The position numbers and the translations under genes are program-made. This document shows, piece by piece, positions 19,393 through 27,812 of a stretch of DNA of 32,000 nucleotides. The notes beneath the pieces were generated by a model. The model was not told where the DNA came from, ran no database searches, and was given only the letters and a program-made list of their open reading frames with translations. The stretch comes from Bacillus subtilis subsp. subtilis str. 168 (GTDB taxonomy: Bacteria > Bacillota > Bacilli > Bacillales > Bacillaceae): assembly GCF_000009045.1 (NCBI RefSeq), contig NC_000964.3:2100001-2132000 (forward strand), in the 5' to 3' direction. Positions within the stretch are counted from its first letter, which is position 1, and every line of letters begins with the position of its first letter.

Positions 19393-20751
19393 ATGAAAGA
19401 AACTCAAAACGCCCGGGAAAAAATCAAACAGCTCTTGCACATTTTAATACCGATATTCATTACCCAAGCGGGGCTTTCTCTGATCACTTTTCTAGATACT
19501 GTGATGTCAGGGAAAGTCAGCCCCGCTGATTTAGCTGGTGTCGCCATTGGCTCAAGCCTTTGGACCCCTGTTTACACAGGACTTGCAGGTATATTAATGG
19601 CGGTCACCCCGATTGTCGCTCAGTTATTAGGTGCAGAGAAAAAACAGAAGATTCCCTTTACTGTTTTACAAGCTGTATACGTGGCCGCGCTTCTTAGCAT
19701 CGCCGTTTTAGTGATTGGATATGCTGCAGTTGACCTTATTCTTGGCCGATTGAACCTTGATATTCACGTGCATCAGATTGCTAAACACTTTTTAGGCTTT
19801 TTATCACTGGGAATTTTCCCTTTATTTGTTTACACCGTGTTGAGATCATTCATCGACTCATTAGGAAAAACGAGAGTCACCATGATGATTACACTCAGTT
19901 CTCTTCCAATCAATTTTGTATTGAATTATGTATTTATCTTCGGGAAGTTCGGAATGCCGGCACTTGGAGGTGTAGGCGCGGGACTGGCATCCGCGTTAAC
20001 TTACTGGTGTATATGCATCATCAGTTTTTTCATTATTCATAAAAACGCACCGTTTTCTGAATACGGGATTTTTCTTACCATGTATAAGTTCTCTTGGAAA
20101 GCATGCAAAAATTTGCTCAAAATCGGGCTGCCTATTGGGTTCGCCGTGTTTTTTGAAACGAGCATTTTCGCAGCTGTCACGCTTCTCATGAGCCATTTTC
20201 ATACAGTGACCATCGCGTCCCACCAGGCAGCCATGAATTTTGCGTCTCTTTTATATATGCTGCCGCTTAGCGTGTCCATGGCTCTAACAATTGTTGTCGG
20301 ATTTGAAGCGGGTGCAGCCCGTTTTAAGGATGCACGCTCATATAGCTTAATCGGCATCATGATGGCGATCGGCTTTTCTTTGTTCACTGCCGCCTGTATC
20401 CTTTTATTCAGAGAGCAAATTGCGGGCATGTACACTTCTGACCCCGATGTGCTCCGGCTGACACAGCACTTTTTAATTTATGCGCTATTTTTTCAGCTTT
20501 CCGATGCTGTTGCCGCACCGATCCAGGGAGCACTCAGAGGGTACAAAGATGTGAACTATACGCTTGCGGCCGCTTTTGTCTCTTACTGGGTCATTGGCCT
20601 TCCGGTCGGTTATATGGTCGGTACGTTTACAAGCCTCGGTGCATTCGGCTATTGGATTGGATTAATAGCGGGACTCGCCGCCGGAGCAGTTGGGCTGTTT
20701 TTCAGGCTGGCAAAACTGCAAAAACGTTATTCGCAAAAACAACACATTTAA
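19393..20751 (+). CDS. yojI: MATE family multidrug/Na+ antiporter, 452 aa
   Basis: 12 predicted hydrophobic helices; MatE features (SLWTPVYTGLAGILMAVTPIVAQLLGA, GALRGYKD). Confidence 0.92.
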   Translation: MKETQNAREKIKQLLHILIPIFITQAGLSLITFLDTVMSGKVSPADLAGVAIGSSLWTPVYTGLAGILMAVTPIVAQLLGAEKKQKIPFTVLQAVYVAALLSIAVLVIGYAAVDLILGRLNLDIHVHQIAKHFLGFLSLGIFPLFVYTVLRSFIDSLGKTRVTMMITLSSLPINFVLNYVFIFGKFGMPALGGVGAGLASALTYWCICIISFFIIHKNAPFSEYGIFLTMYKFSWKACKNLLKIGLPIGFAVFFETSIFAAVTLLMSHFHTVTIASHQAAMNFASLLYMLPLSVSMALTIVVGFEAGAARFKDARSYSLIGIMMAIGFSLFTAACILLFREQIAGMYTSDPDVLRLTQHFLIYALFFQLSDAVAAPIQGALRGYKDVNYTLAAAFVSYWVIGLPVGYMVGTFTSLGAFGYWIGLIAGLAAGAVGLFFRLAKLQKRYSQKQHI

Positions 20752-20766
20752 AAGAGGTGATCAATC

Positions 20767-21615
20767 ATGGCAAAAAACAAAAAATTATTCGAGTATCTTT
20801 CCCAGCATGCGGAAACCATCAGTTCAACATGGTATGAAACAATCGAGGAGACTGATCCCAATTCCATTTATGCCTCAACAGACCCTGTTGTCATTCACAA
20901 TTTAAAGAGCCAGAATCTTGCCTTTAACTATAAAATAAACCGTATTTTTATAGATGATGAGGACGTATACTTGCCTATACTGAAAGAATGGGCCTTTGAA
21001 GTCACACAGGATCAAGAGCATTTAAAAACTCCTATCCACTATATTATTCGGGAGTTTGTCAGAGTGAGAGATTTATATGTTTCTTATGTGAAAGAATTTG
21101 TCCATCTCAATCAGAATACTGTGAAAAGCGAAGAAGCCGAAGACCTGTATCACGCCCTTATAAAAGCGTTTGATCTTGTGATTCATATTTTTATAGAAGA
21201 AATGTACAAAAACACAAGCCTTCAGCTTCAGGCCCAAAAAGATATGATTACTGAATTGAGCGCTCCGGTCATCGTGCTGTTTCACAGCGTCGGACTGCTG
21301 CCTTTAATCGGAGATATTGATACAGTCCGCGCCAAGCTGATTATGGAAAACACACTGCATCAATGTGCGAAAAAAAAGGTGACACAACTGTATATTGATT
21401 TGTCAGGAGTAGCTGTGATTGATACGATGGTTGCCCATCAGCTGTTCAGTCTGATTGAGGCGCTTCGTTTAATCGGTGTTTCTTCAACTTTGTCTGGAAT
21501 CCGTCCGGAAATCGCGCAAACAGCGGTTCAGCTAGGTTTGTCTTTCGAAGGTATTTCCTTGAGATCCACTCTCGCTTCAGCTATTGCATCGGACTTAAAA
21601 TTAAAAAAGGTATAA
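20767..21615 (+). CDS. rsbRC: RsbR paralogue, stressosome component with C-terminal STAS domain, 282 aa
   Basis: STAS motif LYIDLSGVAVIDTMVAHQLFSLIEALRLIGVSSTLSGIRPEIAQ; divergent N-terminal globin-like domain. Confidence 0.9.
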   Translation: MAKNKKLFEYLSQHAETISSTWYETIEETDPNSIYASTDPVVIHNLKSQNLAFNYKINRIFIDDEDVYLPILKEWAFEVTQDQEHLKTPIHYIIREFVRVRDLYVSYVKEFVHLNQNTVKSEEAEDLYHALIKAFDLVIHIFIEEMYKNTSLQLQAQKDMITELSAPVIVLFHSVGLLPLIGDIDTVRAKLIMENTLHQCAKKKVTQLYIDLSGVAVIDTMVAHQLFSLIEALRLIGVSSTLSGIRPEIAQTAVQLGLSFEGISLRSTLASAIASDLKLKKV

Positions 21616-21638
21616 GGCTTAAGGCCTTATACCTTTTT
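21604..21638. terminator. Bidirectional terminator between rsbRC and bshB2
   Basis: AAAAAGGTATAAGGC-TTAAG-GCCTTATACCTTTTT, a 15-bp perfect stem overlapping the rsbRC stop codon. Confidence 0.9.
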
Positions 21639-21640
21639 GA

Positions 21641-22306
21641 TTAATCATTCCATTGATACGTCCAATATATTTCTTCTTCAAACCATGTTGCCATAACAGG
21701 TTCATTATTTTTCAATTTCTCTTCAAGCTCTCTGAGCATGCCTTCTGTTTGTGTGCGGTGAGCTCTTAACGCATTCATTTTAATATCAGCTACTTCTTTG
21801 ATATCAAGTACGACATCAGCTTCGCCGAGAACCTCTTCTCTGTTGCGGGTAATGGCCATGCAGATTGTACGCGGACGGTCTTCTTTCTTTTTGCGGTATA
21901 ATGCACGGATAACCGCTTCCCCGCATGCATCATGGTCAGGGTGCACACCGTGTCCGGGATAAAATGTGACAATTAAACTTGGTTTTACATCATCTATGAT
22001 CTCTTCCATGATATCAGCTAAATACTCATCGTCTTCAAATTCGAGCGTTTTGTCACGGAGTCCAAGCATCCGAAGGTCATTGATATCCATTTCTTTGCAA
22101 GCGTTGATGAGCTCTTGTTTTCTTAGCAGCGGCAACGTTTCCCGATTCGCGAAAAATGGATCGCCCATATTTCTGCCCATTTCACCTAAAGTGGCGCAGG
22201 CATACGTAACGGGAATGTCTTTTTTTCTGTTTAAGGCAATGAGGCCTGCCACTCCATATGATTCATCATCAGGGTGAGGCAGGATTACTAGTACATGTTC
22301 TTTCAT
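21641..22306 (-). CDS. bshB2: Bacillithiol biosynthesis deacetylase / LmbE-like Zn deacetylase, 221 aa
   Basis: LmbE motif LPHPDDESYGVAG and HPDHDACGEAVI. Confidence 0.93.
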   Translation of the reverse strand: MKEHVLVILPHPDDESYGVAGLIALNRKKDIPVTYACATLGEMGRNMGDPFFANRETLPLLRKQELINACKEMDINDLRMLGLRDKTLEFEDDEYLADIMEEIIDDVKPSLIVTFYPGHGVHPDHDACGEAVIRALYRKKKEDRPRTICMAITRNREEVLGEADVVLDIKEVADIKMNALRAHRTQTEGMLRELEEKLKNNEPVMATWFEEEIYWTYQWND

Positions 22307-22324
22307 TATTATTCACCCTTTTCT

Positions 22325-22675
22325 TTAAACTGTGAACGGTTTTTCGCTGATTTGCAGAGAAATAGCCAGTTTACCGCCCGGCAGGTGTCCCGCCATTAAT
22401 AAACGGTTTTCTTCATCTACCGTGTATTCAGTCAAGCCTTCAGCATAAATCCAGCCTTCTTCTGTTTTCAAGCCAACGCGGTAAGGCCCGTTGCCTTTGA
22501 TTTTTGCCTGATGATAAGTGACTTTTGCATTGCGAATATACGCAACAACCGTCATGTTCTTTTCATTTAAGTGCGCTGAATAAGAACCTGTGGTGGTTTC
22601 TAAATGGATATATACAGGGCGGTCCGCATATCGTTCTAAAGATGCTTGCACATCTTCTTTTATGATCGCTTTCAT
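22325..22675 (-). CDS. yojF: DUF1806 family protein, 116 aa
   Basis: Intact ORF directly upstream of bshB2 in the same operon. Confidence 0.85.
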   Translation of the reverse strand: MKAIIKEDVQASLERYADRPVYIHLETTTGSYSAHLNEKNMTVVAYIRNAKVTYHQAKIKGNGPYRVGLKTEEGWIYAEGLTEYTVDEENRLLMAGHLPGGKLAISLQISEKPFTV

Positions 22676-22950
22676 GATTGCTCCCCTCTTTCTTCTTTTA
22701 AATACTCTGCACGTTCTGTATGTAATTTGACCAGCTGATATTTCACAGCCGGTTCGAGCTGTGAATTCACAATGCGCTGAATCGCGGCAAAATATTTTTC
22801 CAGCATCGGTTTTCGGAGTCTTGGATGTGTTCGTTTATCCAAGAGCTCAAGATCAATCGCCTCTGCTACCGCTTCTGCGTCATCATGTGCGAGAGATCGG
22901 TTATTCCAAAGTGAAGCATAGGCTTTCACTATCTCTTTATCATTGTCCAT
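22672..22950 (-). CDS. Small conserved protein of unknown function, 92 aa
   Basis: AAAGGAG SD upstream; ATGA overlap with yojF indicates translational coupling. Confidence 0.75.
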   Translation of the reverse strand: MDNDKEIVKAYASLWNNRSLAHDDAEAVAEAIDLELLDKRTHPRLRKPMLEKYFAAIQRIVNSQLEPAVKYQLVKLHTERAEYLKEERGEQS

Positions 22951-23011
22951 CGTCTTGCTCCTTTATGTCTTACATACATGAAATGATTATACATAATATA
23001 TGCATCAGCTG

Positions 23012-23037
23012 AAAAGCCAAAGGCCTCAATGGCTTTT
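23012..23037 (-). terminator. Terminator of yojE
   Basis: AAAAGCC...GGCTTTT hairpin containing the yojE stop codon. Confidence 0.55.
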
Positions 23038-23922
23038 TGACGCCCGTTTCCACTTCACTTGTGAAAACGTAAACAAGAGCAGCGCAGCCCATATACAGCT
23101 GAATGTAAAAGCCTTCGAGCTTGAAAATGGCTCATGGTAAACAAACAGCCCGATCAGCAGGGTAATGGTCGGCGCAATATATTGTAAGATACCGACTTGA
23201 TACAGTGGCAGCCGTTTCGCTCCTTCCGCAAACAATAAGAGCGGCAAAGCCGTAAACACACCGGCCAAAAAGAGAAGCAGCCACGTCCCTCCGCTTTCTG
23301 CACCCGCTGGCTGAACATGTCCGCTGAACAGCAAATACCCCAATGCAATGGGCATAATCATGAATGTTTCCAGCGTTAAACCGATGGCGCTCGGCAGGCT
23401 TGTTCTTTTTTTGCTTAACCCGTACAGCCCAAAGCTGAATGCGAGCAGAAGCGCAACATAAGGAATGGAGCCGTATTGGAACGCCGAGATGATGACACCG
23501 GCTGCCGCAATCGAAACGGCCACTAATTGCAGGCGATTCAGTTTTTCCTTTAAAAATAAAATCCCAAGGAGCACTGATACAAGCGGATTAATGTAATAGC
23601 CAAGACTAGCCTCAAGCAAAAAGCCATGGTTGACAGCCCATATGTATACAAACCAGTTGATCGAAATCAGGATAGAAGCAAGAAATAAAGAGAGGATCCC
23701 TCCGTTCTTTTTCAGAGAGCGCAACTCCTGCCATCCTATTTTCCATTGCCGCAAGAAAAAAAGTACGATACACATAAAAACAAAAGACCATATAATACGA
23801 TGAGCCAAAATATCAAGAGCCGGCAGCTGTTCGAGAAGCTTCCAATAGAGCGGAAACAGGCCCCACATGATAAATGAAACGGCTGTGTAAATAACGCCTT
23901 TTTTTGTTTCTGCATGTTGCAT
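23026..23922 (-). CDS. yojE: EamA/RarD family transporter, 298 aa
   Basis: RarD-like sequence VSFIMWGLFPLYWKLLEQLPALDILAHRIIWSF and ISINWFVYIWAVNHGFLLEASLGYYINPL. Confidence 0.9.
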   Translation of the reverse strand: MQHAETKKGVIYTAVSFIMWGLFPLYWKLLEQLPALDILAHRIIWSFVFMCIVLFFLRQWKIGWQELRSLKKNGGILSLFLASILISINWFVYIWAVNHGFLLEASLGYYINPLVSVLLGILFLKEKLNRLQLVAVSIAAAGVIISAFQYGSIPYVALLLAFSFGLYGLSKKRTSLPSAIGLTLETFMIMPIALGYLLFSGHVQPAGAESGGTWLLLFLAGVFTALPLLLFAEGAKRLPLYQVGILQYIAPTITLLIGLFVYHEPFSSSKAFTFSCIWAALLLFTFSQVKWKRASKSH

Positions 23923-23962
23923 TGATATCCCTGCCTTTCTTTAGAGCATCTTATATTATATC

Positions 23963-23990
23963 ACGTGAAAGATCTGGTGGGCATATACTA
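23963..23990 (+). promoter_or_regulatory. SigmaK-type promoter of gerT
   Basis: AC-17 nt-CATATACTA (fits AC...CATANNNTA), 30 nt upstream of the ATG. Confidence 0.65.
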
Positions 23991-24020
23991 TTTTGTCCGT
24001 GAAGAAAGGATGTGAAGACA

Positions 24021-24494
24021 ATGTTTGAGTGGAACAAGTACTTTCCTTTCCACAATCAATTTTCTAAAGAAGCATTAAAAAAAGCTGATCCGAAAGAAGT
24101 TGAAACGTATGTCAATCGTGTGATGGAAAGTGTGTTCGGCAGTGATTATGCGGCTCAATTTCCTTTCCGCGATCCTCTCCCCCAAAAAGAACATCCCGCC
24201 AAACCTGATGCAAAACCTGATGTCAAACCTGATATTGATATATTCGAAACAGCAGACCATGTGTTTGTAAAGGTGCCAATCAGCGAAGAATGGCTGGAAC
24301 AAGTGAGAATCAAACACACATCTCACGAATTATGGTTGGAAAACCTCCCAAGAGCAGATCATCCGAAAAAAGTAAACCTTCCTTGTTTAGTCAAACGCAA
24401 AGGAACAAAAGCCGTCTATAAGGATGGCCTTCTGGAAGTCATGTTTCAAAAGCAGCAAGACTACAATATGTCCGAGGTAGAAATCATCCGATAA
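24021..24494 (+). CDS. gerT: Small heat-shock (Hsp20/alpha-crystallin)-like spore coat/germination protein, 157 aa
   Basis: Hsp20-like fold PDIDIFETADHVFVKVPISEEWLEQVRIKHTSHELWLENL; SD AAGGA spaced for ATG 24021, and a sigmaK-type promoter. Confidence 0.8.
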   Translation: MFEWNKYFPFHNQFSKEALKKADPKEVETYVNRVMESVFGSDYAAQFPFRDPLPQKEHPAKPDAKPDVKPDIDIFETADHVFVKVPISEEWLEQVRIKHTSHELWLENLPRADHPKKVNLPCLVKRKGTKAVYKDGLLEVMFQKQQDYNMSEVEIIR

Positions 24495-24527
24495 AAAACG
24501 GCCTGCAATCGATGCAGGCCGTTTTTT
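24493..24527. terminator. Bidirectional terminator between gerT and yojB
   Basis: AAAAAACGGCCTGCA-ATCGA-TGCAGGCCGTTTTTT, a 15-bp perfect stem overlapping the gerT stop. Confidence 0.92.
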
Positions 24528-24528
24528 A

Positions 24529-24765
24529 TTAATAGAAGCCGGGATATCCCCCGTATGGCACGCCGGCACCAAAACCGTACGGTCCGCCTCCATATCCATA
24601 AGGGCCAGGAGGATAGGCATAGGGACGAGAATAGTTAAACAGCGCACTCCCGAGAAAACCGCCTAATAAACCGCCGACTAGAGGAGCGCCAAACAAAAAA
24701 GGACTACGCGCCGGATATCCGGCTGGACCTGGGATTCCGCGTAAATACGAATGATGAGGGTACAT
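24529..24765 (-). CDS. yojB: Gly/Tyr/Pro-rich small coat-like protein, 78 aa
   Basis: YAYPPGPYGYGGGPYGFGAGVPYGGYPGFY C-terminus; SD AAAGGAGG. Confidence 0.8.
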   Translation of the reverse strand: MYPHHSYLRGIPGPAGYPARSPFLFGAPLVGGLLGGFLGSALFNYSRPYAYPPGPYGYGGGPYGFGAGVPYGGYPGFY

Positions 24766-24849
24766 GATTTTTTCCTCCTTTATGTCTGCCTATACGTAAA
24801 GTATTCAGCAAGGAAGAAAAACGATTGGGCTACGGACTGTCTATGATTG

Positions 24850-26184
24850 TTACATCACAAGCCCTGCCAATAACACACAGCCGAGCCCTGTAACCGAAAG
24901 AACTGTTGTAAGCAGCGTCCAGGTTTGAAATGTTTCTTTCATGCTCAAGCCGAAAAATTCCTTTACCATCCAAAATCCTGCATCATTTACATGACACGCA
25001 ATGACACTGCCGGCTCCTGTTGCAAGCACCATTAACGCAGGGTTTACACTGCCAGCCTCCATAAGCGGAGCTGCCATTCCCGCTGTGGTAAGCGCAGCCA
25101 CGGTAGCAGAGCCTAGACACAGACGCAGAACCGCGGCGATGGTCCATGCAACGAATAGCGGCGACATGTTTGTTTGACGGAAAAAATCAGCGACATAATC
25201 GCCGACTCCGCCGTCAATCAGCACCTGTTTAAACGCTCCTCCCCCTCCTATGATGAGCAGCATCATCGCAATTTGCGAAATTGATTCTGAAATAGATCTG
25301 CCGATTTCCTGCATAGATATTTTACGGGCATATCCCATCGTATAGAGTGCAAGCAACAGCGAAATGAGCATTGCCGTTCCCGGAGTGCCGATAAATTCTA
25401 TAATGTCTTTTCCTTTTGAATGTTCACTCAATAATAAAGAAAAAATTGTTGCCATTGCCATAAAGATAACCGGGAATAAAGACGTGACAGCACTGATCGC
25501 AAAGCCCGGTGTTTCATCCAGCTGAAATTCTTTCCTTGGTCCTAACCCCGATAGGTTTCCATGCTTTTGATACGCACCAGGAAACCGTTTCATCGCAAAT
25601 TTATTAAATAAAGGCCCGGCAATCACAGTTGTCGGAACAGCGATGATGATTCCAAAAAGCAGCACCTGGCCAATATGGGCACCATATGCAACTGAGATAG
25701 CAGTTGGAGCAGGATGCGGGGGCAAAAATCCGTGAGTAACATTTAAGGCGGCGGCCATCGGGATTCCCAGATACAGAAAAGGCATTTTTAATTCTTTAGC
25801 AATCGCGTAAACAATCGGTATCAACAGAACAAGACCGACTTCAAAAAATAGGGCAATCCCGATGATAAAAGAGGCAACCACAACCGCCGCCTGTATTCGT
25901 TTCCTCCCGAATTTGTCAATCAGCGTAATGGCGATCCGGTAGCCGCCCCCAGCATCTGAGACAAGCCTCCCAAGCATCGCGCCAAGTCCAAACACTAAAG
26001 CTAAATGCCCCAGCTGCCCGCCAATTCCAGTCTCAATTGAAAGAACAATTTTATTGATATCCATTCCAAGTCCGATGGCTACTAAAAATGAAACGACAAT
26101 CAGTGAGACAAAGGTATTTAATTTTACTTTAATAATGAGAAATAACAGAATCAGCACTCCGACAGCTACAATTAAAATCGGCAT
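24850..26184 (-). CDS. yojA: GntP family gluconate/sugar-acid permease, 444 aa
   Basis: GntP signatures FLYLGIPMAAALNVTHGFLPPHPAPTAI and GAGSVIACHVNDAGFWMVKEFF. Confidence 0.93.
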   Translation of the reverse strand: MPILIVAVGVLILLFLIIKVKLNTFVSLIVVSFLVAIGLGMDINKIVLSIETGIGGQLGHLALVFGLGAMLGRLVSDAGGGYRIAITLIDKFGRKRIQAAVVVASFIIGIALFFEVGLVLLIPIVYAIAKELKMPFLYLGIPMAAALNVTHGFLPPHPAPTAISVAYGAHIGQVLLFGIIIAVPTTVIAGPLFNKFAMKRFPGAYQKHGNLSGLGPRKEFQLDETPGFAISAVTSLFPVIFMAMATIFSLLLSEHSKGKDIIEFIGTPGTAMLISLLLALYTMGYARKISMQEIGRSISESISQIAMMLLIIGGGGAFKQVLIDGGVGDYVADFFRQTNMSPLFVAWTIAAVLRLCLGSATVAALTTAGMAAPLMEAGSVNPALMVLATGAGSVIACHVNDAGFWMVKEFFGLSMKETFQTWTLLTTVLSVTGLGCVLLAGLVM

Positions 26185-26254
26185 GGTACCCCTCCAAAAG
26201 TGTTTTATATGATTCTCGCGACAATGTTTTGGCGCTTTTCATGCCTAGATGAAC

Positions 26255-26268
26255 AGAAAGCGCTTTCA
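26255..26268. promoter_or_regulatory. Candidate cre (CcpA) site upstream of yojA
   Basis: Minus strand TGAAAGCGCTTTCT, with perfect 12-bp palindromic core GAAAGCGCTTTC. Confidence 0.65.
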
Positions 26269-26548
26269 TTAATAACTAAAAACGTCTTGGTTATATGATT
26301 GTTATCTTTTGATCAACTAATATGTTCATACTAATCTCCTAATCAATGACTGTCAATCGTTTTTATGAGCTTGTCTCGATTACCTACCGCCTAACCCAAT
26401 GATTTATTAGTTATATGTTGATTAACTTTTGGTTATATGTTATGTTTTTTAAAGTTGACTGCCAATCATTATATCTCTCCATTGTCTGGAAGCAAATGAG
26501 ACAATATGAGAACAGACGGATAACAACTTCATAAGAGGAGGAGTACAC

Positions 26549-26938
26549 ATGCCATTATTGCGTTTTGATGTAATTGAGGGCCGTGATGAAAAATCGCTGC
26601 AATTGTTATTAGATACTGCTCACCAAGCGATGGTTGAAGCATTTGGTGTTCCGGAAAGAGACCGTTATCAAATTGTCCATCAGCATCCCGCAAACGAGCT
26701 TATAATCCAGGATGCGGGATTAGGGTTTCAGAGAACCAAGGATATGGTCATCATTAGCATGACAAGCAAAGCAAGAACCGAAAGCCAAAAGGAAAAATTG
26801 TATGCTCTGCTTGCTGAAAGGCTAGAAAAAAAATGCGAAATTTCCCCTGACGACCTCATGGTATCTATTACTGAGAATGGTGACGCAGACTGGAGTTTCG
26901 GTCTCGGTGAGGCGCAATTTTTGAATGGAAAACTATAA
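26549..26938 (+). CDS. yodA: Tautomerase (4-oxalocrotonate tautomerase/MIF-like family), 129 aa
   Basis: [25 protein letters not shown] start with Pro2, ERYQIVHQH; SD AAGAGGAGG. Confidence 0.85.
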
Positions 26939-26960
26939 GATTTCGTCTCCCCACAAAAAA

Positions 26961-26990
26961 AAGAAGAGAGAGCTCCAAAGAAGCTCTCTC
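26961..26990 (+). terminator. Terminator of yodA
   Basis: AAGAGAGAGCT-CCAAAGA-AGCTCTCTCTT followed by a T run (approximate boundaries). Confidence 0.75.
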
Positions 26991-27267
26991 TTTTTTCATA
27001 AATGCGGAAGTCATCAGTATAGAAGCATCCAGCAATACGAAAAACCTGGATCTCCTTTTATATCCGGTTTAAATGCCAATTGGAAGCTGACTGGGTTTTG
27101 GCTGAAAATATAAAATTTTGCTGATTTGCATAATAAGATACATCATAATCCCCATTTACAATAGGTTGGATGTTATAGCTTATTGATCATTTCCTATTTT
27201 ATATATCCCCTTCATATGCACATGACATTTTTGCCAATCCGGAAATATCAGTCTGACAAATATAAAA

Positions 27268-27304
27268 AGTCATGTAAACGGGTGTGAACCGTACTTACAT
27301 GACT
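27268..27304 (-). terminator. Long hairpin, probable yodB terminator
   Basis: AGTCATGTAAACGG-GTGTGAA-CCGT(AC)TTACATGACT; the minus strand continues TTTTTATA. Confidence 0.65.
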
Positions 27305-27344
27305 CACCATGGAAACAAAGGCTCTTTTTCAGGTGCCGCTTTCC

Positions 27345-27683
27345 TTATTTCTCTTCTTCACACACTGTGTCACCAGGCTCGCAAAATTGATCGGCCCATG
27401 CCTGCATTTCTTGAAATACAGCTTGAAGCGCTGTTCCTTTTTCAGTCAGCGTGTAGATGACTTTGACCGGCGTTTCAGGGAGAACCTGCCGTTCGACAAT
27501 CTCGTTTTGTTCAAGCTCCTTCAAGCGCTCTGCCAACATTTTTTGGCTGATCATCGGTATTGTTTCCGTTATCTCTTTAAACCGTTTCGGCCCATCCATT
27601 AGCACATGGATGATCAGACCGTTCCATCGTTTTCCCAGCAATGAGAATGCGGATTCCATTTTAGGGCACATCGTATTTCCCAT
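27345..27683 (-). CDS. yodB: HxlR/MarR-type redox-sensing repressor, 112 aa
   Basis: HxlR family CPKMESAFSLLGKRWNGLIIHVLMDGPKRFKEI; cysteines at 6, 101, 108; divergent to yodC. Confidence 0.93.
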   Translation of the reverse strand: MGNTMCPKMESAFSLLGKRWNGLIIHVLMDGPKRFKEITETIPMISQKMLAERLKELEQNEIVERQVLPETPVKVIYTLTEKGTALQAVFQEMQAWADQFCEPGDTVCEEEK

Positions 27684-27708
27684 AAGTCTTCATCCCTTCA
27701 TCTATTGA

Positions 27709-27737
27709 TTGACATGTATTCAATGATCCATTACAAT
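27709..27737 (+). promoter_or_regulatory. SigmaA promoter of yodC
   Basis: TTGACA-17 nt-TACAAT. Confidence 0.75.
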
Positions 27738-27748
27738 AATCTTTCAAG

Positions 27749-27761
27749 TTACATTTAGTAA
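27749..27761. promoter_or_regulatory. Candidate YodB operator
   Basis: Perfect inverted repeat TTAC-ATTTA-GTAA just downstream of the yodC promoter -10. Confidence 0.55.
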
Positions 27762-27812
27762 GCTTCTAACTTTTCTATTATCATACCACGTTTATCCGAA
27801 GGAGGAAACACT

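Noticed and set aside
26925-27113. 62-aa plus ORF after yodA
   Set aside because: Overlaps the yodA end and reads straight through its terminator; Lys/Ser-rich translation is a hairpin artefact.
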